Notes under the pieces: model-generated
What the model was told of the DNA's origin: nothing
Seen by the model: only the letters and a program-made list of their open reading frames with translations
The model's database searches: none
Shown here: positions 56,649 through 64,000 of the stretch, piece by piece
Position numbering within the stretch: position 1 is the first letter of the stretch
Layout: each line of letters opens with the position of its first letter
Made by a program: the position numbers and the translations under genes
Assembly: GCA_964397195.1 (NCBI GenBank)
Contig: CAYNGY010000001.1
Coordinates: 134,586 to 198,585 of the forward strand
Direction: 5' to 3'
Length of the DNA stretch: 64,000 bases
Source: an uncultured Gammaproteobacteria bacterium
Lineage (GTDB): Bacteria; Patescibacteriota; Patescibacteriia; SBBC01; CAIJZX01

Positions 56649-57877
56649 TCGCTCGCCCGTCACGATGGTTTTTCCTCGCGGTGTTCGGGGCGTTTCTCCT
56701 GCCCTTGATGGTGTCCGCGGAGGCGTTTACCGTCACATGCGAAACGGGCGATGATACGAGCAAGGTCGCGGGGACACCAGCGATGGTCTACGTTCCCGAT
56801 ATCACCATTCCGGGATTCACGGCCAGTCAAAAAGTGACGATTTCCGGCGACACACTTGGACTCTATATCCGCGGCCTCTTTGTGGTTATGGTCTGGACCG
56901 TGAGTGTCCTAGCGGTGGTGATGATCATCTACGGCGGGATCAAGTGGGTGGCAGCAGCAGGAGACGCGGGTCGGATCAATGATGCAAAAGATGTGGTCAT
57001 GAACTCAGTCATCGGGCTGGTGATTGCCCTCACATCGGTCGTACTTCTGCAAATCATAAATCCACAGCTGATAAATCTCACGGACCTGACCAACCTCGTT
57101 AAGCCGGTGAATAAGTGCTCACTCTCCGTCCTGCAACAATTGGTGGAAAAGAGCGGCAAGCTCGAGGCGAAATGTGCTTCGGGGCTCGGGACGCCGGAGC
57201 CCGATACCGTGTGCTTTGCGACGCCTGGGGTACCGTGCATTACGGGATTGAACCAGCTGATCAAACAGGCCGCCAGTTACACGCGGAGTGACGGCCACCT
57301 CGTCAGCGTCGACCCGATCATGATGAAGGCCATATTGTTAGGTGAGGCCGCCAACCAAGGTAAAACGACCTTGGTGTCAGGGCCAACCGCTGGACGGGCG
57401 TGTAAGCAAGATACGCCACGCTGTAAGTTGAAGGGCTCAGCCTATGGGATTATCCAAATGACCCATGCGACGATGATCGCAAATTGGGAACGGGTCAGCG
57501 GTTCAGTGCCCGCGGCCTGCGGGAGCGAAAATGAGGCGGTCTGGCGACAATCGTCGGGGTCATTAGCGGCCGATTGCGCGCGCATCCTCGATAATGGAAA
57601 GGAAGGCATACTCCTACAACTTAAAATGATGGCCAGCGAAATATCCGAGGTGGCGACGAAGAAAATATTAAATGACAATCCCACCTATATTGCCGGCGCG
57701 TACCATCTTGGCTCCGGAGGGATTGAAGAGTATCTCCGAACCGGAGAAGCGCGGAGCGAGTCCAGCTCAGCCTCGGTCGCCTACCTCAAAGCATTTAACG
57801 AGCGTTTCCATTCTATTTGTATTGAGTCGGCCGTTCAGAACTACGAAAACGATCGACCGGGGACCGCGCGAGAATAA
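56645..57877 (+). CDS. Pilin-like (VirB2-like) module fused to a lytic transglycosylase (SLT/VirB1-like) domain
   Basis: The N-terminal module VVMVWTVSVLAVVMIIYGGIKWVAAAGDAGRINDAKDVVMNSVIGLVIALTSVVLLQIINPQLINL is a paralog of the 54260 gene. The C-terminal domain carries SLT-like blocks LLGEAANQG, SAYGIIQM and AGAYHLGSGG at about 57.34-57.72 kb. Confidence 0.7.
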   Translation: MIARPSRWFFLAVFGAFLLPLMVSAEAFTVTCETGDDTSKVAGTPAMVYVPDITIPGFTASQKVTISGDTLGLYIRGLFVVMVWTVSVLAVVMIIYGGIKWVAAAGDAGRINDAKDVVMNSVIGLVIALTSVVLLQIINPQLINLTDLTNLVKPVNKCSLSVLQQLVEKSGKLEAKCASGLGTPEPDTVCFATPGVPCITGLNQLIKQAASYTRSDGHLVSVDPIMMKAILLGEAANQGKTTLVSGPTAGRACKQDTPRCKLKGSAYGIIQMTHATMIANWERVSGSVPAACGSENEAVWRQSSGSLAADCARILDNGKEGILLQLKMMASEISEVATKKILNDNPTYIAGAYHLGSGGIEEYLRTGEARSESSSASVAYLKAFNERFHSICIESAVQNYENDRPGTARE

Positions 57878-57880
57878 TCT

Positions 57881-59239
57881 ATGGCTAAATCAACAACCGT
57901 TTTTACCTGCAGCCACTGCGATGGGCAGTTTCCCAAATGGACTGGTCGCTGTCCTGAATGTGGGCAATGGGGAACCCTGAAAGAAGAACGGGTGTCGGCG
58001 ACGGCTGCGGCCGCGCCGCGGGCCGCTAGTGGCGACGTGGTGTCGCTAAATGACCTGACCGCCGAACCGCTTGTTCGATACGCGACCGGCTCACAGGAGC
58101 TCGACCGAGTATTAGGGGGTGGTGTTGTGCCAGGCTCACTGATTCTGTTGGGGGGTGACCCCGGGATCGGGAAATCTACGCTGGCCCTCGAGGCCGCGCA
58201 CAGCCTAGCCGTCAGTGGTTCAAAGGTGCTCTATGTCAGTGGCGAGGAATCGGCCGCCCAGGTCGCGGTGCGACTACGACGTATTGCGCCTGCCGGTACC
58301 AAGATGGACTTCATGGCGGAAACGTCTCTGCCGCGTATCCTAGCCACTGTCAAAAAAATAAAACCGCACGTGGTCGTGATTGACTCCATCCAAACGATCA
58401 GCACGCCGGAAGCTGCGGTCGAAGCTGGAAGTGTTCAACAGGTTCGGTTGGCGGCCGCCACACTCCTCCAAGAAGCGAAGACGAAGAACTTCGCCTGTAT
58501 TATTGTCGGGCATGTGACCAAAGAGGGATCAATGGCCGGCCCGCGCACACTCGAGCATCTCGTCGACGTCGTCATGTACCTCGAAGGTGATCCGCTCTCC
58601 AGCTACCGTCTGCTCCGGGCGGCTAAGAACCGATTCGGCTCAACGAATGATACCGGTGTTTTTATGATGGGTGATCGCGGGCTCCGCGATGTCGCCGAAC
58701 CATCGCGGGTATTCCTAGCCGACCGTCACGATGGCTCGGGGACGGTGGCCACGCTGGTGCTCGAGGGAACACGCCCGTTTGCGATTGACATCCAAGCACT
58801 CACGTCGCCAACCGCCTTTGGGAATCCGCGTCGTGCTGCGGTCGGGATCGATCAAACGCGATTGCAATTACTCTTGGCGGTCCTCACCCGCCGAGCCGGA
58901 TTAAAGACCATTGGTGCCCAGGATGTCTTCGTCAATATCGTTGGCGGCCTCACGGTGCGCGAACGATCGGTCGATGCGGCTGTCTGTGTGGCGGTGGCTT
59001 CATCTATTTCCGATGTGGCGGTGGCTTCGACCACCGCGGTGCTCGGTGAAGTAGGCTTAGGCGGTGAGTTACGTCGAGTCAGTGATATCGACCGGCGCGT
59101 CAAAGAACTCGCGCGCCTCGGATTTAAAGAGATTTGGCATCCAGTCCAGCCCACGGCAAAAATGCCGGCTGGGGTGATCAGCCGTCCAATGAAGTCGATT
59201 GAGATGGCCGTGGCGTTACTTCAAAAACCGCGACGATAA
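57881..59239 (+). CDS. radA: DNA repair protein RadA/Sms
   Basis: N-terminal C4 zinc ribbon (CSHCDGQFPKWTGRCPECGQWG), RecA-like Walker A LLGGDPGIGKSTL, KNRFG, and a C-terminal Lon-protease-like domain. It starts 3 nt after the previous gene. Confidence 0.95.
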   Translation: MAKSTTVFTCSHCDGQFPKWTGRCPECGQWGTLKEERVSATAAAAPRAASGDVVSLNDLTAEPLVRYATGSQELDRVLGGGVVPGSLILLGGDPGIGKSTLALEAAHSLAVSGSKVLYVSGEESAAQVAVRLRRIAPAGTKMDFMAETSLPRILATVKKIKPHVVVIDSIQTISTPEAAVEAGSVQQVRLAAATLLQEAKTKNFACIIVGHVTKEGSMAGPRTLEHLVDVVMYLEGDPLSSYRLLRAAKNRFGSTNDTGVFMMGDRGLRDVAEPSRVFLADRHDGSGTVATLVLEGTRPFAIDIQALTSPTAFGNPRRAAVGIDQTRLQLLLAVLTRRAGLKTIGAQDVFVNIVGGLTVRERSVDAAVCVAVASSISDVAVASTTAVLGEVGLGGELRRVSDIDRRVKELARLGFKEIWHPVQPTAKMPAGVISRPMKSIEMAVALLQKPRR

Positions 59240-59240
59240 C

Positions 59241-61310
59241 CTACTCGCGGTGGTAAACGCCGCTCGGCGCTTTCCAGGTATCATCCATCATGATGGCGCG
59301 ATCTTGGCCGTGTTCACGGAGATAGAGCGCAGTTTCACGGGCGGCAATAATGAGCTCACGGTCGCTCAGGGTGGCCATCCGCCAGCTCGGCCAGCCCGAC
59401 TGCCGGATGCCATACATATCGCCCGCCCCGCGGGTTTGTAAGTCAAATTCGGCTAAGGCTAAGCCGTCGTCGGTGGAGGCGACGCGTTCCACGCGCGTCC
59501 GTGCTTCTGCGGCATCGGTCGTCAGGACGAAGATACAGGTGCTTTGGACGGAACTGCGACCGACGCGCCCGCGCAGTTGGTGCAGCTGCGCGAGCCCAAA
59601 TCGTTCCGCCCCATCAACTACCATCAGCGTCGCTTCGGGCACATCGACACCAACCTCAATCACGGTCGTGCCGACTAAAACGGTGATGCGTCCCGATCGG
59701 AAATCATCCATTACGGCTACCCGATCGTCGGCCGACAGTTCCCCATGGATGAGGCCGATGTGTGGTGCGAGGTCGGGTAGTGTCTGCTTGAGGCGCTCGT
59801 ACTCAACCGTGGCCGCATGGGCGCCAAAATGGTCTGATTCATCAATCAACGGCGTAATGTAGTAGACCCGTTGTCCCGCTGTCACAGTCGCTTGGATCTG
59901 TTGGTCAATAGCGGCGACATCTGCCACGGTTTTAACCTCCGAACGGATCGGTTGGCGGCCCGCCGGTTTGGTTCGGAGTCGTGAAATCTGCAGCTCACTC
60001 CCGAGAAACAAGGCTAATGTTCGCGGGATCGGCGTGGCGGTCAAACTGAGGAAGTGTGGTGTGTGGAGTCCGGAGGTGGCCATCTGTGCCGACAAGCCGG
60101 CGCGTTGGGTGACGCCAAAGCGCTGTTGCTCATCGACAATAGTAAAGCCTAGTTGCGCCCAGGGCAACGGCGTCTCGAGAATCGCCTGGGTCCCCACCAC
60201 CAGATGTACCTCGCGATCGCGTATTGCTTGGTCAAGCCCGGCTCGTGAAAAATCGGCGGCGGTGTTGGACCGAATACGCTGGCCGGTGACGAGCGCTAGG
60301 ACGATGTCGGTTCCGGCGAATAGTGTTGAGAGGGTGGCGAAATGCTGCTCAGCTAACACCACCGTCGGGACAAGAAACGCGACTTGTCCACCCTGGCGCG
60401 CGACGTTATAGGCGGCAATGGCCGCGACAATCGTTTTTCCTGAACCGACATCGCCCTGAAGCAACCGGGACATTGGGGCCGTCGTTCCGAGTGACTGTAG
60501 AATCTCCCAGGCCGCTTGGCGCTGGTCATTGGTTAGTTCATAGGGAAAACGCTGGACAAACGAGCGCACCGCCGTCTCAGAAAACGGATAGGCCACCGCG
60601 GCCGGCTGGCTCCGGGAATCTGTGTCAATTTGCCAACGCAGCTGCCAGAGCAAGAGCTCGTCAAATTGCATGCGCCGAACACCGGCCGCCGCGACGTCAT
60701 GATTCTCCGGGAGGTGAATCGCGCGCAAGGCGTCAGCTCGTGGCAAGAGTTGCCATCGCTCTGTTATCTCGGTCGAGAGATGATCGGGAATTAGGTTGGC
60801 AAACTCGAGGGCCTGCGCGATGACCGATCGTATCTGTCGCTGCGACAGGCCATCAATTGACGGGTAGACGGGGACAAGTCGTTGGTGGGTCGGGTCGGCC
60901 GTCTGACGTTCAAACGTCGGATTAACCATCTGGAAGCTCTCGCCTTTGGTCTCAATTCGGCCGGATATAAAGTACCGTTGGCCGATGGCGAGTGTTTTCT
61001 GGAGGTACGGTTGGTTGAACCAGATCAGGGGAATAGATGCGGTCTCATCCTCAAGTCGCGCCTCCGTGATTGCCGATACACGCCGACGAAAAAGTTTGCG
61101 AGTGCGGAGGGCGGTCAATTCGCCGGCCAGGGTGACCATATCACCCGCGTGAACATTTTTAATGTCGATCTGGGTCCGCCAGTCTTCATGGCGAAGGGGA
61201 AAATACAATAACGCGTCCTCGAGCGTCTCGAGGCCAAGGCGGGAAAATTTTCCTGCTAACGCCGGACCGATTCCGTGCAAACTCTTGATGGGCGTCAACA
61301 GGGAATGCAT
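59241..61310 (-). CDS. recG: ATP-dependent DNA helicase RecG
   Basis: Wedge/OB N-terminal domain, helicase motif I GDVGSGKT, motif II IVDEQQRFGV, and TATPIPRTLAL. Convergent with radA; the stops are 1 nt apart. Confidence 0.95.
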   Translation of the reverse strand: MHSLLTPIKSLHGIGPALAGKFSRLGLETLEDALLYFPLRHEDWRTQIDIKNVHAGDMVTLAGELTALRTRKLFRRRVSAITEARLEDETASIPLIWFNQPYLQKTLAIGQRYFISGRIETKGESFQMVNPTFERQTADPTHQRLVPVYPSIDGLSQRQIRSVIAQALEFANLIPDHLSTEITERWQLLPRADALRAIHLPENHDVAAAGVRRMQFDELLLWQLRWQIDTDSRSQPAAVAYPFSETAVRSFVQRFPYELTNDQRQAAWEILQSLGTTAPMSRLLQGDVGSGKTIVAAIAAYNVARQGGQVAFLVPTVVLAEQHFATLSTLFAGTDIVLALVTGQRIRSNTAADFSRAGLDQAIRDREVHLVVGTQAILETPLPWAQLGFTIVDEQQRFGVTQRAGLSAQMATSGLHTPHFLSLTATPIPRTLALFLGSELQISRLRTKPAGRQPIRSEVKTVADVAAIDQQIQATVTAGQRVYYITPLIDESDHFGAHAATVEYERLKQTLPDLAPHIGLIHGELSADDRVAVMDDFRSGRITVLVGTTVIEVGVDVPEATLMVVDGAERFGLAQLHQLRGRVGRSSVQSTCIFVLTTDAAEARTRVERVASTDDGLALAEFDLQTRGAGDMYGIRQSGWPSWRMATLSDRELIIAARETALYLREHGQDRAIMMDDTWKAPSGVYHRE

Positions 61311-61426
61311 GGTACTAGTATATCACGCGATAGCGGTATCTGACCCCGGAGTGTCAAGGCGGATACAAAAAGATAGCGGGTACGTCGTTCGGTCCGCTCG
61401 TGCTGTTCGATAGTTTGTACGCGCTT

Positions 61427-61504
61427 TGGTGCGCCCGGCAGGATTTGAACCTACGACCCTCAGCTCCGCAAGCTGATGCTCTATCCAGGCTGAGCTACGG
61501 GCGC
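61427..61504 (-). tRNA. tRNA-Arg (anticodon GCG), CCA encoded
   Basis: The reverse complement folds as GCGCCCG/CGGGCGC acceptor, GCTC-AGCCTGGATA-GAGC D-arm, anticodon stem TCAGC/GCTGA with loop TTGCGGA, T-arm GTAGG-TTCAAAT-CCTGC, and discriminator A. There is no G3:U70, so it is not Ala. Confidence 0.7.
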
Positions 61505-61735
61505 ACGAGAGCGCGTACAAATGTGCTAGGACAGTATTCCACTGTTCCAAGTCTCGGGCCTTAACAGGCGAGGAGAGTCGTACATCATCGGGACAGGAGT
61601 ACTGTGCCGGATGAGAATACCCGATTTATGGATATTCTGCAAGGGTTGAGCGCAACTCACCATCATGGAATACGAAACTGAAAAAATGCTGAAAAAATCG
61701 TTTTTTACGGTAATATTAGCCAAAAAAAATATGGG

Positions 61736-61764
61736 TTGCTCGAACCCGCTGAACAACGTATGCT
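61736..61764 (+). promoter_or_regulatory. Candidate promoter giving a leaderless transcript for the 61771 pilin-like gene
   Basis: ttgctc (61736-61741), 17-nt spacer, tatgct (61759-61764). The ATG lies 7 nt downstream of the -10 element, with no Shine-Dalgarno sequence. Confidence 0.4.
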
Positions 61765-61770
61765 ACGACT

Positions 61771-62100
61771 ATGTTTGTCGCCACCGCGCTTACGACGGCC
61801 ACGATTGCTAATGCGAATATTGGCCAATCAATTGGCCTACAAGATACCGACCTTGTGACGGTTGTGTACCGAGTTGTTCAGTTAGCGCTCGGCTACTTAC
61901 CGCTGATCGCGGTCGTCTTTGTCATTCTCGGTGGGTTCCAATGGCTGACATCGGCCGGTGATGAAGAACGACTCTCGCGCGCCAAGCGGACGCTCTCCGG
62001 CGCCTTTATTGGGCTTCTGATTGTGTTGTTCGCCTGGGCGATCGTCCACTACACCGCCGGCACAGTCCTCAACGTGAGTAATACAAACACCGGCCAATAG
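61771..62100 (+). CDS. Stand-alone pilin-like (TrbC/VirB2-like) two-helix protein, a paralog of the modules at 54260 and 56645
   Basis: 109 aa. LPLIAVVFVILGGFQWLTSAGDEERLSRAKRTLSGAFIGLLIVLFAWAIV aligns with ...MIIYGGLKWVAAAGNSAQINDAKDVITNAVIAIVIGL.... Confidence 0.65.
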   Translation: MFVATALTTATIANANIGQSIGLQDTDLVTVVYRVVQLALGYLPLIAVVFVILGGFQWLTSAGDEERLSRAKRTLSGAFIGLLIVLFAWAIVHYTAGTVLNVSNTNTGQ

Positions 62101-62121
62101 GCCGGTTGACCGTCCCGCGTA

Positions 62122-62610
62122 TTACATCTTGAACATCCGAAGTAACTGGTCGCTCGCGGTCTCGCTTTCTTGAGCGATATTTTCCGGCAAAAACTCATTC
62201 AACGCTTCGCGGACCTTCAGCGGGTTCTGATTCATCAGGTCAATGGAAAACGGCTGACGGAGCGTTGTCTTAAACGTGATGTAGAGTTTTTTGATCTCTG
62301 GGGGCCGATAGACAATCCAGAACTCACGTAGCTCTTCCCAGCGAATATTCATGTCGGCCACCTCGAGACCGAGATCGGTGATCCGGGCGGTAATTTCTGT
62401 CGGTCGGCGACGGAATCGGAGAATTAAAATCAGGGTGATTAAGACAATCACCGGAATGGCCGTGTACACCCGACCAAGAACGGCTAAGCCAGCCATAATG
62501 GCCGCTAATACAAAGAATCCGAGATACCAAGCTCGTCCGCGGGGGTAGTCCGCAAACTCCGGGAAGCTCCATTCGAGGATAGTATTGCCGTGTGGGGCCT
62601 GCTCAGCCAT
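62122..62610 (-). CDS. Hypothetical membrane protein (two TM helices plus a roughly 100-aa cytoplasmic, bPH/DUF304-like domain; tentative)
   Basis: Start moved to the internal Met (MAEQAPHGNTILEWSF...) to avoid an overlap with the upstream gene. Helices WYLGFFVLAAIMAGLAVLG and IPVIVLITLILIL. Confidence 0.5.
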   Translation of the reverse strand: MAEQAPHGNTILEWSFPEFADYPRGRAWYLGFFVLAAIMAGLAVLGRVYTAIPVIVLITLILILRFRRRPTEITARITDLGLEVADMNIRWEELREFWIVYRPPEIKKLYITFKTTLRQPFSIDLMNQNPLKVREALNEFLPENIAQESETASDQLLRMFKM

Positions 62611-62648
62611 ACCTAGATAGTATAGCACAATCGGCTCAGCACCGCTGA

Positions 62649-64000
62649 TTAGCGGGAAAAGCCGTACGGATAAGGCGGGAACTGTGGGGTCGTAATCATG
62701 ATGCTCCCACGCCGATCGTTGATCGCCGAAGCGGTGTAGATGGTGCTCTGACTGACCGCCACATCGAAGCCGCTCATCCACCAGCGCTCAAACACGTCTC
62801 GCTCGACGATGATGTTCCCGCTTTGGTCGTGTTGGCGGATGATACCGTGGCCGTGACTCATGGGGACGGTGTAGATGCTCGCCTCGTTGGTAGTCGGGCT
62901 GATGCTCGTCGTGACGCGTAATCCGCCGCGGAAGGTCGCGTCACCCGAGAGGAATGCCGCAGTCAGATTCCCGTGCATGGTGAAGACGCGAACCTGTGGC
63001 TCACTGCCCGCCCCCGGCGTCACCACAATCAATCCGGTCTGCGTCGCGGACGCGCTGATCCCGGCGACATCAACACCGCCATGAAAACTATTCGGGTAAG
63101 CGTCAAAAACCGAGACGATATCGCCGTTCATCCGAAAAACGCGCACTTCCGGACCGCCACCACGTCCGGCGCCGGTAATAATTTCGTCTACGCCGTCACC
63201 GTCCAGGTCAGCAGTGCTAACGCGGACGCCGCCGCGGAAGGCTTTGCCGTAGGCGAGGAAGCTCGCGAGGACTGTGCCATGGCGGTCGACCACTTGAACC
63301 AGCGGATCATTTTTCGGTCCGAGGCCGGTCACAATCTCTTTCACCCCGTCGCCGTTCACGTCGCCGATTGCGACATCGACGCCGCCGCGGCCTTTTCGCT
63401 GGCTCAAGAAAAATCCGCCGATATCAAATCCCGCTGGGGTCATAATCCGAACTTGTGGCGGTGAACCGACGCCAGCCCCGACCACGATTTCGTCGCCGTC
63501 ATATTCAGGTGCAATATCACCCATGGCGATGTTCGATCCGACGCGAAATTGCGCGAACGGAAGAATTTCAAACGAAAGGGTCGGCGCAATAGCGGCGCGC
63601 GTTATTTTCTTCGCCGCTTTGAGGCTATCGTACGGGTTGATGGCGGTATCGTCGGGTTTTCGGATTTCAAAATGGAGGTGGGGCGACGTGCTCTCGGCAT
63701 TTCCGCTATCGCCCATGTAGGCGATCACCTGGCCAGCAACGACTGGCCAACTACGTTCAACGCCCGGCGCGTAGGCGAGCGTCGCGCCGCCGCGACCATT
63801 GTCGGTTCCCGGTGTATCGTTGTTGATATGGATGTAGGAGTACGTGTACCCATCCGCGTCGACAATCCGAATGTACCAGCCATAACTTGGTTCCGGGTAG
63901 GCGACGAATTCAAGCGTCCCATCAACCGCGGCGACGAGCGGTTGCATCTTTTTTCCAAAAATGTCGTTTCCGGCGTGGGTATGACCGACGCGGGGGTTTC
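62649..64000 (-). CDS. Partial CDS; the 5' end lies beyond the window. M23-family peptidase domain fused to FG-GAP/VCBS-type beta-propeller repeats
   Basis: The reading frame stays open upstream of the listed Met to the window edge (...VGHTHAGNDIFGKKMQPL...). M23 motifs HTHAGND and SPHLHFEI. FG-GAP-like repeats GDVNGDGVKEIVTG, ADLDGDGVDEIITGAGRGG and NGDIVSVFDAY. Confidence 0.8.
   Translation of the reverse strand, partial: NPRVGHTHAGNDIFGKKMQPLVAAVDGTLEFVAYPEPSYGWYIRIVDADGYTYSYIHINNDTPGTDNGRGGATLAYAPGVERSWPVVAGQVIAYMGDSGNAESTSPHLHFEIRKPDDTAINPYDSLKAAKKITRAAIAPTLSFEILPFAQFRVGSNIAMGDIAPEYDGDEIVVGAGVGSPPQVRIMTPAGFDIGGFFLSQRKGRGGVDVAIGDVNGDGVKEIVTGLGPKNDPLVQVVDRHGTVLASFLAYGKAFRGGVRVSTADLDGDGVDEIITGAGRGGGPEVRVFRMNGDIVSVFDAYPNSFHGGVDVAGISASATQTGLIVVTPGAGSEPQVRVFTMHGNLTAAFLSGDATFRGGLRVTTSISPTTNEASIYTVPMSHGHGIIRQHDQSGNIIVERDVFERWWMSGFDVAVSQSTIYTASAINDRRGSIMITTPQFPPYPYGFSR

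Noticed and set aside
59199-59862. Plus-strand ORFs 59199-59441 and 59350-59862
   Set aside because: They are antisense to recG, which has all helicase motifs.
62973-63464. 163-aa plus-strand ORF
   Set aside because: It is antisense to the M23/FG-GAP gene.

Overview
This 64 kb window looks like a piece of a small, gene-dense bacterial chromosome; a reduced-genome, possibly Patescibacteria/CPR-like lineage is only an inference. By eye the GC content is in the high 50s percent; I did not compute it.

Layout by region:
- 1-5.8 kb (minus strand): a PadR regulator with palindromic operators and a DUF1700-like partner gene that runs off the window, a secreted multi-repeat protein, a HAD hydrolase, a receiver-only response regulator, an Nramp-like membrane transporter, and a VOC/glyoxalase protein.
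- 5.8-6.1 kb: divergent tRNA-His(GTG) and tRNA-Arg(TCT).
- 6.1-10 kb: hypothetical genes, a large polytopic membrane protein translationally coupled to a XerC/D-type tyrosine recombinase.
- 10-26 kb: an rpsO-pnp unit interrupted by a NYN-domain gene and a hypothetical gene; a truncated CDF-like transporter; an alpha/beta hydrolase; a CMP-kinase-like gene; a strong promoter followed by about 400 nt of noncoding leader before lspA; comM; a LysM-M23 peptidase; leuS carrying an inserted Nudix domain; tsaC; an MFS-like transporter; rsmA.
- 25.9-57.9 kb: a roughly 32 kb co-directional gene train. It opens with a small secreted Ca-binding-motif protein and three giant (1419-1882 aa) Cys-rich surface proteins. 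One has Asp-box propeller plus Ig-like regions, and another has FN3-like domains, a PKD domain and a novel C-x4-5-GC-xx-Y repeat. The train continues with a type IV secretion-like module, followed directly by radA. The module has a VirB6-like polytopic protein with a roughly 1300 aa tail, a VirB3/PrgI-like protein, a VirB4 ATPase split into two coupled ORFs, a VirB8-like protein, and VirB2-like pilin modules fused to a Cys-rich or a lytic-transglycosylase domain.
- 59-64 kb: recG convergent on radA, tRNA-Arg(GCG), another pilin-like gene, a membrane protein, and a partial M23 plus FG-GAP-repeat protein.

No rRNA, CRISPR array or clear transposon was seen. The main candidate for a novel system is the giant-surface-protein plus T4SS-like locus. 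The most unusual single feature is the Nudix domain inserted inside LeuS. All family assignments rest on motif reading and need database confirmation.
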